Positions 10,442 through 22,859 of a stretch of DNA of 64,000 nt are shown piece by piece. The position numbers and the translations under genes are program-made. Source of the stretch: Utricularia gibba (lineage: Eukaryota > Plantae > Magnoliophyta); NCBI GenBank assembly GCA_002189035.1, contig NEEC01000004.1:1116001-1180000 (forward strand). Direction: 5' to 3'. How positions within the stretch are numbered: position 1 is the first letter of the stretch; the number at the start of each line of letters is the position of its first letter. The notes below the pieces were generated by a model. The model was not told where the DNA came from and made no database searches. It was given only the letters and a program-made list of their open reading frames with translations.

Positions 10442-13400
10442 ATGTATTTCGCTACAGTGAACAGCTCCAGATTGGACATTCATCGGCAGTTTTTGTGTAT
10501 TCTGTACATATTCCTTCTTTATGGACTAGCTAAAGAAATTGAAGCTCTCAGTCCTGATGGTATGCTTGCTAAGCCTTTGTTTCAGTCATGCTTCAAATTT
10601 CTGTCTATGTTCCTGTTGGGCGGCAGATTTTCTATGCGTTATCTACTTTACATGGACACAGCTAAGTCGAAATATTTGCCTTTCAAGTTCTTATGGAGCT
10701 GTTTATCTTTCAGGACAAGCTCTTGTCAACTTCAGGACAGCAATAGTTAACTCTGATGGCATCCTGCATCAATGGAGACCTGAGGATGAGAGTCCCTGTG
10801 GATGGAAAGGAATAAAATGTGATCTCAAAACGAAGAGAGTGACAGCCTTGTAAGCTCTTCTGTAAATTGAGTTTCTTAAGCAGAAATTTAAATGTATCTT
10901 TTGGTTTATCTGGTGCTAAAGTTGGATGGTACACGGTTATTTACATATATATAAGAACTTTTGCTTCAATATCACTGGAATTTACCATTTTTCTTGAAAA
11001 TAACTGTGTCCACTATGCAGGAGCCTTGCTAACCATAAACTGATTGGGCCTATATCGCCAGATCTTGGGAAATTGGAGAGCCTACGGTTCCTGTATGCAT
11101 CCTTTTCAAACTCCTCCAAATCCTTCTGTAGCCCCATCAAGAATTTTTTTTTTGTTTTTTTGTTTTTATAGAGCTCTTAATGGCAACAATTTTTATGGGG
11201 CTATACCTCCAGATTTTGGGAACTGTTCTCAGCTGCAATCCCTGTAAGTAGATATATGGCATTTGCATGATGTTCTGCTTTCAAATGATGGTGGCAGTTC
11301 TATTTTGTGTCTGAAGCAGTTTTGTAGGTATTGAACATTTGAAGATTCAATTTGTTTGTAGGAATTTCATCTGAACTTTTCATGAAATCCTTCTGAATTT
11401 TTTTATTAGTTAGTATACGTGATGTCATATCTATTGGAAACTACATTTTAAAGCGTCCATTGAATCCATTGTATGACATACATGTTCAGTTACTGGAATC
11501 TTGCATGTTGTCAATAGACATATAGGTGTAGGTTTCAATGCTTTTCTCTCTTCTTTTTAGTAATAGCCATTCTTTTTAAAGATTGTTGCAGGGTAATTAC
11601 TTAAGTGGTTGGATCCCAAGTGAGTTGGGAAATCTTTCTCAGCTTGAGAATCTGTAAGTTAATTTAGGAACTTCAAATTATGGATTTTTGTTAGATTTAA
11701 ACCTTGGTGTGAAAAATTACACGAAAAATTATCACAGCTTATGCTTTCTCTGTTTGTGTCTCTCTGTTGGCAGTTTTATTGTATTTTTTGCCATCTTTAT
11801 TTTGCTTATGAAGCATACATGATGATCATGACATTACGGATTTCATTCATTATCATCATAGTAGGCTTCATGAGTTTACTTCTTTTTGTTAAGTGAAACT
11901 CTTCCCAATTCCATGAATTAGAACCTTTTGTTGTAAAGCACGATTCAAAATTTGTCTCTTCTGTGTTATCTTACTGTATTTGTAACTCACATTGTTATGT
12001 TGGACACGCTACTTTTTAGTGACCTTTCAAGCAACTCTCTTAGTGGAAATATTCCTGCATCACTTGGGAACTTGAAGAAGCTATCCATGTTGTAAGTGTG
12101 ACGTATATGCCTCTTATGGATTAGTACTATTCCTTCTTCCTTTTTTTCTTTTTTCCTGTTTTGATATCTTCCCTATGTTTTTACTTTTTAGTAACGTATC
12201 GACCAACTTTTTGGTTGGTCCGATACCTTCTGGAGGTGTTCTTGATGGCTTCAGAAATGACTCGTAAGTGTGATACATTGGTTATTTTTCTTCATGCCGT
12301 TACCATCCTGGTTTCACATGCTTAGCCGGTGTGGAAATTCTTAACTCGTCCTTGTTATAAACGCCCCATTTCATGATTTTACTGCTGTTTTTTGACTAAT
12401 TTGAAGCTTCTTTTTGTACCAATATTCCAACATGTGTTTGAGAAAGGTTGCAATTCCTTCATAAAATCCGTTTTTGCTGTTTTTGTTTTCCTTTCTTTTT
12501 TATCACACAGGACTAGCGTCAAACTCTCTTAAAAAATAGTACTCATTTGTCCTATTTTTGGCACAAATGTTTGCACTTCAACTGTCTTCCATTCTCATTT
12601 AATTTGCTTTGAACAGCTTTGTTGGTAACCGTGAGTTGTGTGGCAAGCAAATCCAAGCATGCAGGAATAATGTCAATGGAACTTCTGCACTTGAGGCGAC
12701 TGATTCAGGTAGGGTATTTGACGTATGTGCAATCAGATACGTAATCTCTTTGGAAGGCCTGGTAAATTGCAGGAGTCTTTTGCAGGCCAGTCCCAGGGCA
12801 AGAAAAAATATTCAGAGAAGCTTCTTATAAGTGCATTGGCCACGGTTGGTGCATTGCTTCTTGTGGCACTCATGTGCTTCTGGGTTGTTACCTTTATAAG
12901 AGGCTTGGTAAAAACGACCATAAAGGCATCGGAGTGGATATTACTGGAGGTGGAGTTATGAAAACTTCTAAAGCAATTTAATTCCTATCTTTTTATTCCC
13001 ATTATGATCATGAGACACCTCATTCCTATATGTTCATTGTATGCAGGAGCCTCTGTTGTTATGTTTCATGGAGATATACCCTACTCTTCAAAAGATATCA
13101 TTAAAAAATTAGAGCATTTGAATGAAGATCATGTGATTGGTGTGGGAGGCTTTGGAACAGTGTACAAGCTAGCAATGGATGATGGTAACGTGTTTGCCTT
13201 GAAAAGAATTATGAAGGTGAATGATGGATTTGATCGTTTTTTCGAAAGGGAGCTTGAAATTCTTGGTAGCATCAAGCACAAATACCTTGTGAACCTTCGA
13301 GGATATTGCAATTCCCCAACATCCAAATTATTGATATATGACTTCTTGCCGGGTGGAAGCCTAGATGAAGCCCTTCATGGTCAGTAACTTTCAACTAAAT

Positions 13401-14416
13401 AGTTTGCAATGTTTAGGCCATATCTATATCGTTTTACCATAAAAATCTCTTTTTTTTTATGTTCATGCTTCTTTTTTTGTGGGTGTTTTCTTCAGAGAGA
13501 GGTGAGCAGCTAGACTGGGATGCTCGCTTAAACATCATCATGGGTGCTGCCAAAGGGCTCGCTTATCTGCATCATGATTGCTCTCCTCGAATTATTCATC
13601 GTGACATTAAGTCAAGTAATATTTTGCTTGATGGTAATTTTGATGCTCGAGTCTCGGACTTCGGTTTGGCTAAATTGTTGGAAGATGAAGAGTCCCATAT
13701 CACTACTATAGTAGCTGGCACATTTGGGTATCTAGCTCCAGGTAGAGACTAAGATTTCTTTTGATTCTTAGCAGCAGCGTATACATTGCTAGAAGATGCA
13801 CTTGCGTTCCCTTAGCATGCCATGCATGTTTAATCCATCTTGTATTTTAAATTTGCATCATTTTAGGAAAAAAAAGAGTGGAGATTGTGAGCATGTCTTC
13901 TGGTGGAGTTTTTTTCTTAATGTAAATTTGTTGTATTTTCGTTCTGAACTGTCGAAATCTCCACATCACAGAGTATATGCAGAGTGGAAGAGCTACAGAA
14001 AAGAGTGATGTTTACAGTTTTGGTGTTTTGGTTCTTGAAATTGTGAGTGGAAAGCGGCCTATTGATCCATCATTCATAGAGAAGGGCCTCAATATTGTCG
14101 GATGGGTATGTCTTTTCCTCCCTCCCTACTGAAGTTTCGTGACATCAACCTGCTGTGAGGTCTCCCTGCATCTGATTGGTATGCTTTCATCATGCAGCTT
14201 AACATTCTAGTTTCTGAAAATAGACCACGAGAAATATTGGACCCGCATTGTGAAGGAGTTCAGACAGAGAGCCTTGACGCCCTTCTTTCAGTAGCCATCA
14301 AGTGTGTTTCTTCAGCACCAGAGGATCGTCCCACCATGCACAGGGTCATCCAGATTCTGGAATCTGAAGTCATGACTCCCTGTCCCAGTGATTTTTACGA
14401 TTCGAGTCCCGAGTGA
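10442..14416 (+). CDS. FEI1: FEI1/FEI2-type LRR receptor-like Ser/Thr kinase; apparent 1-nt deletion at 12882-12884
   Basis: Signal peptide ending [30 protein letters not shown], short single-LRR exons, [23 protein letters not shown], kinase [51 protein letters not shown] and the FEI C-terminus [13 protein letters not shown]. Start codon approximate. Confidence 0.9.
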
Positions 14417-14929
14417 TTGCTGTCTTGCCTTCTGACATTTGCTGACTTCTGATATACCATGTTGTTCAACTAGCACTTGGCAGAGACACTGGTCTCCCGG
14501 TCCGGTTTCTCCTGTATCTATTTGTTCATTCTTCCTGCAGACCGAGTTCTCCATTGGCGATGGATACTGCTGCTGTCACGCACCCCAACTGCTCTAGGTC
14601 AGTTTTCTGTAAGCTACAAATACTTGTTCTATTCATGGAACTTCTCCACTCTTGAGCAACTGGTACCCTTCTTTTCACTTTTTTTGGTAGCTTTTCTAAA
14701 TGAAATGTACGTGAAATGGACACAGAACGTTTATTTACTCCTCACCTCTCCAGATATGGCATCATTTCAGCTTTCCTGCTTTGTTCTTTCCTGGTATGAA
14801 GTGGATAACCCATATGGTTGATGATTGTCTTTAAGCAGAGACTTGTAAGCATGTTGGCTCCTCAAGTAATTATAGAGAAAAGCAAGTAGCTTGCCAGTGT
14901 AGAAGTTAGAATCAGTAGTAAACAGACGA

Positions 14930-16922
14930 TCAGTTTTGGTAGTTTGGGGACTGAGCTTCTGTGTATGGAACTTCGTCTGTCTTTTCTACATACGCTGAAG
15001 GGAACCATCCTCCTCTTCCATTGCATTCACCTTCAGACCATCCATGGGACGACACCTTCAAAGTTCATCAAAGAATTCCAACTGAGATAAGGATCTCTTT
15101 TTATGGTATAGATCTAGGGAGTGCTTGGAGTTTATATCATCAAACCTGTCGAACTATGACCAAGTCGTCGACTTCAAGATTCAGCTCGCCTTCCTCCAGA
15201 GCATGAAATGAGTGCTTGGCCTGAAGGAAAACCGTCAACAATGCAGTCGATAAGGGCAGCTTAAATACAGAAGTTCGAATCAAAGTTGAGTATCAGCTCA
15301 GGGTCTCAGCAGTAACCAACCTTGGCAACAAAGTAGGTGTTGCCCAGATCTTCATCCCTGTCGCTGCATCCATCTGAAGCAGGGGGCTGGACACTCTCCT
15401 TTTTAAGCGGAACTTCTGAATGCAATGGGATATCCTCGTTGAATGTCATCTACGAGTGAGCATTGGAAAGAAGACAGAAAACCATTGCTTTATTCAACGA
15501 AATTTGCAAACTTGTTGGCAAACAACAGATGGAGCATGACAGACCTCTGAGTGAAGCTTCTCTAATGTAGCAACTACGCTGCGATGATAGGTTCGTTCAG
15601 CGCCAACCTGCGATCAAGTATAAAATGGAGTCAAGAGCAATGATGTCAGAAAACGAGGGTAGATGATCAAACAATTCCCACCATGATACAAAGCTTTTCA
15701 AGTGTCAGCTCCTGTTGGCGATCCTCAATAGACATCATAGCGGCTGTAGCCTCTCTTCCCAGTCCCACCATGGAGCCCTTGAGCTCTGTCAACTTCTTTT
15801 CAGCACCTTTTCGTTTTAGGATGCTCTCTGCGCACGTGTCTCTCGGTCTTGTTTGCCGTCTTAGCACTTCAGCAGCCTGGTGGGAGCTTTAAAGCATGCG
15901 AGTTTAACAGCTAAAGTCGCCCCCCAACAAGTATTGTGAGCATGGAAGAAGTTCAACCTGAATCTCGAATTCATGGCGTGTTCTGTTATAGCAGCGAGTC
16001 AAACGCCGTGCATCTTCTAATGGCGACCCATTTACCATGGCAAGAAGTGGCTCGCAGACCTACATTCAGGGACATTCTGTTCTCTTTTGATTTGCTCTTC
16101 AAGAAAAACCAGAAAGATATACACGATTCACCTGAAAACCGAGAGTTGCAAGCATTTGCTCTCGATGATCTTCCATGGATGCATGTGATGTACCAAAATC
16201 TGAGACGAACTTGGCAAGGGGAAAAGAAGAGTCTTGATTTTCTATCCCATACTTGCAGCAAGCTTCAGCCAGTTTTCGAGCTGGAACAGGCAAAGGGCAC
16301 TCAAGCTTTTCCCACATTATCCTTGCACAGGAAATCAATGGAGTCCAGGAAAATGAATACCTATTTCCATTTGCTTGCGGCTCAGGGCAACGAATCCTTC
16401 CACACCACGCACAATATCTCTCTGGAAATGCTGTGCAAACAAAAGCTCCATAATGTGACTGCTGAAGTTATGTGAAAGGCACTTCATTAGACACAGATGC
16501 CACTCACAGTAGTAGCAAGGTAAATGAAATTGCAGCCATTGATCTACCTTTGCCGCCTTTGTAGATTGGTATAGATCCTGCAATTGCTCATGAAGTCGAA
16601 GATCAGCATCGTCGATCATCACACCATTGTAACCCAATTGCCCCAGATGCCCAAGTACCCTCTGCAAAAGGAAAAAAAAAAAGAAAAAGAAAGATGAACC
16701 ATCGTTCATTCTTCCAGTAATGGATAACCAGAAAACAAAAAGTGCATAGGATCTCTCTTGGCAACTCAACATTTGATGTTGCGCACAGATGTGAATCAAA
16801 TCTGGAATACGAATAGACTCAAAAGAAAAACGAAAAAAATACCCAAACAATGAGACCTCTACCTTTTGCTGCCAAGCGACTTGCTCTCTCAACTTAGCTG
16901 CCTGCTTCTTTATACCATCCAT
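14930..16922 (-). CDS. SH3P1: BAR + SH3 domain protein SH3P1
   Basis: MDGIKKQAAKLREQVA.QQ, LYQSTKAAK/HFQRDIVRGVEGF, VCEPL.AMV.GSPLEDAR, and SH3 exons AKHSFHALEEGELNLEVDDLVIVRQ / VSSHGWSEGECNGRGGWFPSAYVEK. Exons traced in frame to the TGA at 14930-14932. Confidence 0.92.
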
Positions 16923-18434
16923 GGCCTTCGAATGAAATGGGTAACCCAGAAATCTTCGATCTGCAACAAGCTTCCTTTAGAAGAAGAAACAAGGGGCGGC
17001 AGGAGGAATCTGAAAGGAAAATGTGTAGCAGGTAACGATTAAACAGCTTTTTGACGCGACTAGAAAAGGCTTGTGGGGAGAGTGGACTGAGAATGACACG
17101 CGAAATTCTCTACGGGGCTACAACTACAGCAACAGCCACGAGATTTAGGTGGGGGAGCAAATCAAGTTCTGAAAATCCGAAATTGACTTCTCTAAAAATT
17201 TCCCCCCTTCTGTCTTCAATTCATTGCTCAAGAGTCAAATTCCGCCATGGAAATGTAATGGAGGTTTGTTTGGCACTGGCACTGGCACACTGGCACTTCT
17301 CTCTCTCTTTTTTCTATTTTAGTAAGAAATTGGATTTTAAATATTACACATATTTTAAAAGTATCCGCCATTTAAATCCAATTATGCAATATATTAAAAA
17401 TCAGTTAACTAGACGATTTTCAGTAATAAAAAATTCAATTTTTTCGAGGAATACGTAATTTCATTATTTAAATCCCAACCTTTGGACCCACATTTTGGGA
17501 CTACTACAATCCACATGGGCCTAGCTACAAATTGCCAATGGGCCTGGATACAATTACTTTCCATTAATCACATTTTTTACAATTTCTCATAAAAATTTCT
17601 ATTTTTTTTACAAATGAAATAATTACAAAATAAGTAAAACTATAGAAAGAAATTTTTAAAATTGGACTCCTACCTCTTTGGGTCCATAATGAATAATTTT
17701 TAAAAAAATAATTAAAAAATTAGGCAATCGTCTTCTTATGACAAATTCTTCATGTTCCGCTCTTGCATCTAATTTGTTTGTAATAATGGTTCTCATTAAT
17801 AAAATCTCATGCATTAGGAGTAGTGCATAAAGAATTTTTTAGGAGGGATGGTTCAATTATTTCTATAAAATTTTGATCACAATAATAATTCAAATACATT
17901 TTGACGGTATTATTAAATATTTTAAAGATAATTCTTAAAAATTGTCTAAACTTTTTTTATCCCATATTTATTTGTCAAAAAATTATTAATTATTTAAATT
18001 TAAATTTTTTTATTGGGTCATGAGGTATTTTAAAAAATTCATATCCTAATATACAAAACAGAAATGAAAGAGGATCAAATTTGTAAATGATCGTTTTTGT
18101 CATATTGGGTTGGTGTGATCATTAAATTAAACTAAAGCTCAAGGGTGTGCACATTTTATGATAATTTTTTAAAAAGTGTGGAATGTAAAATTCACAAAAT
18201 CAGGGGTAGATCTATAAATTCCTATATCTGCATGGACAAAATGGGAATTACTGATTACATACATTTTCTTGATTATTATGCTAGTCTGTCTATTTTTAGA
18301 AAACACTTTGATGAGGATTCCAGGGCCCACGTTTGCCTGGGCAAGATGACAACAAACGGAATGATTTCCATATTTGGAATCTGAGGTTGTTCCTTTTGTC
18401 TCCCAAAGTGCCCAAGTATTTGATTTCAAACTCT

Positions 18435-20220
18435 TCACTTTTTGGGCAAAATTGTGATTGGAAGACCACCGTAAGGCAGAGGGAATGGCCCGTACTGGAT
18501 TCCATCTTCAGGACACACCATCTCCCAACTGCAATATCCATTCGTGTATTAAACCAGAAAAAATATATATAAAAATGTCTCCATTTTCAGTGCACTTGCA
18601 CCAACCTGTACTTTGTAGTTAGATGGTGCAACAAGACTAGGATTTCCAGTTTGGCTAACTCGTTGCCCGGACAGCAGTGGGCCCCAGCGCCAAATGGCAT
18701 GAAAGTATTGGGTTTCGAGGGGGCCTCAAACCTCGTAGGATCGAACTTGCCAGGGTCTGTGAAGTGCTCTGGGTTGTGGTGGATGTGTCGGAAGAGAGGC
18801 AGAACTTTCCATCCTTTGGGAATGAGATATCCTGTTGGAATTTTAGATCAAAGGGGTGTGCGTGGTTTTCAGGTATCTGGATTTCTCAGTCACAGAGTGA
18901 AACTCACCGTCGAGCTCAATGTCTTGTACTGCTTCTCTGAAGGTGAAGGATAAGATGGATGCAAGTCTGAGTGTTTCTTGAATAACTCTTGCTGTGATTG
19001 GCATGTTCTTTGTATCTTCCCATGTTAGTGCTCTGTCTTCTCCCAGTCTTTGCTTTTCCTCCACGATGGCCTCTTGCTCCTCCTGCAGTTTTCATTAGAC
19101 TTAGAAGGGTGCTTCACGAGGAAAAGAATCTGATCTCTGAGATAGATTTTTACCGTTACTTGCAGAAGAACTCCCTGGTTTTCTGCAAGGAACTTGAGGA
19201 TCCATGTCAGGACACTGGCAGTTGTGTCGCGGGCTGCGAAGATGACGCCGATTACGTTGTCGACGATCTGCTCGTCGGATAGTCTTTCGGCTTCTACCAT
19301 GAATGATCCTAGCAGATCTTCATGATTCTGCTTTGTTTCTCTTCTGAGGAACAAGATTTCTGCTACAGTTTCGGCTAACTTTTTCCTAGCTTTCAGGGCG
19401 TTGTAAAAGAGGGTTCCTGGAAGATTGATTGGCATCGAATTGTATCCTTTTTCAAGTATGTGGTAACACCTTTTGAGATCCTCTCCGTAGACGGCTTCCT
19501 CCTTCCCAAGGATCGAAAGCAATGCGACGTTGAAGGCGTACTGCAAAATAACAATCACTTGAAAACAGGGAACGAGCAGTCTGGTTTTCAGGGCTGGCTA
19601 TAACGTCTGTTGGTGATTGAGACAAACAAGTTTTGTAAGCATCCCGTACCGTTTTCATTTCTTGGTAGGTGATGACCATCTTCCCTTGGCAGGATTCAAG
19701 GCAGTTAACGGCCAAGGATTCGACCTCGGAGACGATACCCCTGATCGACTCCGGCATGAATGCTCGGAGGACTAGACGGCGGAGCTTAGCATGGTTATCC
19801 CCTTGCTGAAAGAAAATAGCTTGCCTCCCCAGCATTCTCTCCTTGCTCGCCGGAAAAGTCGGTTTGAAGAGATCCGCCTTCGAAACGAGCACAAGTTTCA
19901 CAGCTTCAGGGCTGGAAACGATCACACATGGACACCCCAGGATTCGGGACTTAAAGATGGAGCCATATCTGCATCATTCACAATTCAAACTCAAAACCAG
20001 GAAACACAGTCAATCAATCAACTCCAAAAGAAGCTCACTTTTTGACTTTTTCGTCGAAGTAAGTATTAGGATTCTGAGAGTAAAGCTGCAGAGTTTCTCC
20101 GATGTACGGCCAGCCCATACTTCCGGGAGGAAGTGGGTACTTAGAGCGGCGACGCCGGAGCAATGCTACGGCTGCGAGCCCCACAAGAGGAGAGAGCAGC
20201 AGGAGAACCCAGTGCCCCAT
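18435..20220 (-). CDS. CYP707A: ABA 8'-hydroxylase, cytochrome P450 CYP707A (6 exons)
   Basis: LPPGSMGWPYIGETLQLYSQNPN, FKPTFPASKERMLG.QAIFF.QG, IGVIFAARDTTAS.LTW, ETLR, YLIPKGWKVLPLFR.IHH, heme motif FMPFGAGAHCCPGNELAKLE and last exon GIQYGPFPLP..GLPI. Confidence 0.95.
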
Positions 20221-22859
20221 GGAAGAAGATGTTCAGATGCAGAGGGCAGAGGAAAGCTCGAAGGTGTATTTATAGATGCCAATTTGTGCACTAAACCGGA
20301 GCTCCATGGGATGGGGCCCGCCGTAGTCCCTTTGTTAAAATCATTACATAACCCCCATTAGATTCATAATCATCATTATTATGCTTCAAATATTTTCTTT
20401 TATTGCGGTATTTGTTTACCGTACCGATAATAAATGATTTTATAATAATGAAAAACTAAAATAAAATAAAAAACAATTCAAATTCTTCGAAAAATTCGAT
20501 TTGTATTAAAAAAATAATACTAAGTATATGTTCTCTTTTCATAATTTGTCGAATTGATTTTATATAATTTTTGAAAATTTCAATTTTTAATCATTTTATA
20601 GTAAAATTAGAAATTAAGATTATATGATTAACATTGAATATATGTTTTTGTACTTAAATAAGAGATTAATTAAAAAAATTATAGTATTCATTTTTTATGT
20701 ATTCTAAAGATATATTTATACCATAATATTAAATTATATAATAATTTAATTTATTAAAATTATAATGTATGTTATATTTTATTAAATTTTATATTATCTT
20801 ATAAAATAATTTTACAATCTCAAACTGATTTTATTTACATAATTTAAATCACAACTTCAAATTAGATTACAAACCCTAAACATAGAAAGAAGACAGAAAA
20901 TGGATTTTGTCTAAGAATGGAACAAAAACTATTCTCCATAAAGTGTTACTTTTCAGAGCACAACGGGATGCCCCATTCCACTTCTGTACTACACCTTCAA
21001 ACACACAATTGGACGTGTACTACCGCTATTCGATTTCTTTTACTTTTTAGAATAATTTTTTTAAAAAAAATTATAATGTTGGATCCAATGAAAACAGGAT
21101 CCGATTCATTCACATAATATCGGAATTAAAAAATAGTTTTTTTAATGGTGTGATATTCTCCTATTTATATATTAAATACTAATGTCTTTTATAATAACAT
21201 AATATGTCATTTTTTAAAATGACTCAACGTAACCCTCTCTTGTAAGGGGTCGATCGTGGGTGATTATGTAATTTAATTGAGTTCATGATAAAATGGAAGG
21301 AGGCATAATTAATATAATATGTTGTGGGGGAAAAAATTAAATCCAATGACGTAGGAAAAAGAAATGAGGTAAGCAAGTTGGAAAACGGCGTCGTCTTATC
21401 TTGTCTGGAGTATGTTATTTTAATGAGGTGACATGCTTATCCGCAATAATACCATAAAGTTAGTCTTTAGACTTTTTCGGGGGAGGCCCTCCCTCAATCA
21501 CCCATCAAAATCCAAATGCCTCTCAACTTGTTGCATGAGTGTGTAGTGAAAACTAAACCCAAAGTTTTTGAAAGTCACCTTGTTCGAATTGTGAACGACT
21601 CGAATACGAAACATCGTTGTGATTGTGTAAATTGCAAAACATAGAAGTTAAATTCAAGATTTGATCATGTTGAGAGATGGAGGCGACAGGGAAGCATAGA
21701 AGTTAGTGGGATGGCCTGTGTATTTGTCGTCTTAACAGGAATCATGGTTAACTCAAGAAGCTCCATATGGAAAAGCTTACTGTATCTGGAGGGTGTGGCG
21801 CCATCGCCATCGCCATCTTCGTTTTGTCTTCATCGGATCAATTTCCCAGAGGTGACGACATCATGCAATGAAAGCATAAAGTTGAGTTTGAACCTTTTTC
21901 TGAAAGTGGCCGACATCGCGGCGGGGCGGTCCATCCTCTCTAAACCGTCGCACTGTTGCTTTCGCTTCACCAGTTTGGGAGTCAGACCTGAGTTGCAACC
22001 CATTTTGTGAGCAAAATTAGGAGATCAAATCAATGAATACCTTACTCTAAAGCATCTAGTGTTTGTTTGGTTGGATATACACTTGCAAAGGTTCCCTTTA
22101 TAGGTGCTAAATACGAACCCAAACAGACAAAGTCACTTAATAAAAAGATTACGTAGTTGAACAGTGACACTGAATAAGCAAGTAGGAATAGATTCAACAA
22201 AAACGTTGTGAATAAGCAATAAATTTCCCGTATTATTGCATTTCTATGAAAAGGACAAAATAAGTGTGGACTTTTGCAGATGAAGACGAGAGTGTTTGGT
22301 CAGTGGGCACTCTCGGGTCTCCATTCATTGAACCTTGTACATAGCCGCCGTACTCCCGCCCGGAAATCAATGGTTTCCGAATCCTCATCGGTCGGCCCAC
22401 CAGCATCAACTCAGTCTTCAGGGCCGACAGGGGGCCTAGCGCTTGGTTGGTGCAGATGTGCTGTGGTTTGCACCCACGGCGGAGAAGAGAAGGGATTTCG
22501 TGATAAATTGGATATATTACCAAGACAAAGAACTCAATGTCGACATACACGAAATCCCGAAAGAATTTGGAAACTGAACAAGGTATATAGTATAAGAAAC
22601 CCGCTGCTGTATTTGCAAGCCAGCAATCTAACAAAAAACTAGAAGAATAATGATCGTGCCAGCATACATCCCTCAAGTACCAACTCATTGAATGAAAAAG
22701 GAGTGACACAAAAAACTGCTCACCGGGATCTCACCCCCTGCCTTGTAAGAAAGCACTGAGCTGGTGGTGGTGGGTCAAGGAAAGAAGATCGTCTCGCCCC
22801 ATTGATCTGACTGATGACTCCGGCTAATAAAAACTGTCATCCAGATAGTAGTAGCATGA

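Noticed and set aside
18606-19560. Apparent intron losses in CYP707A (6 exons)
   Set aside because: Exon number varies within CYP707A and I cannot establish the ancestral state without an alignment.
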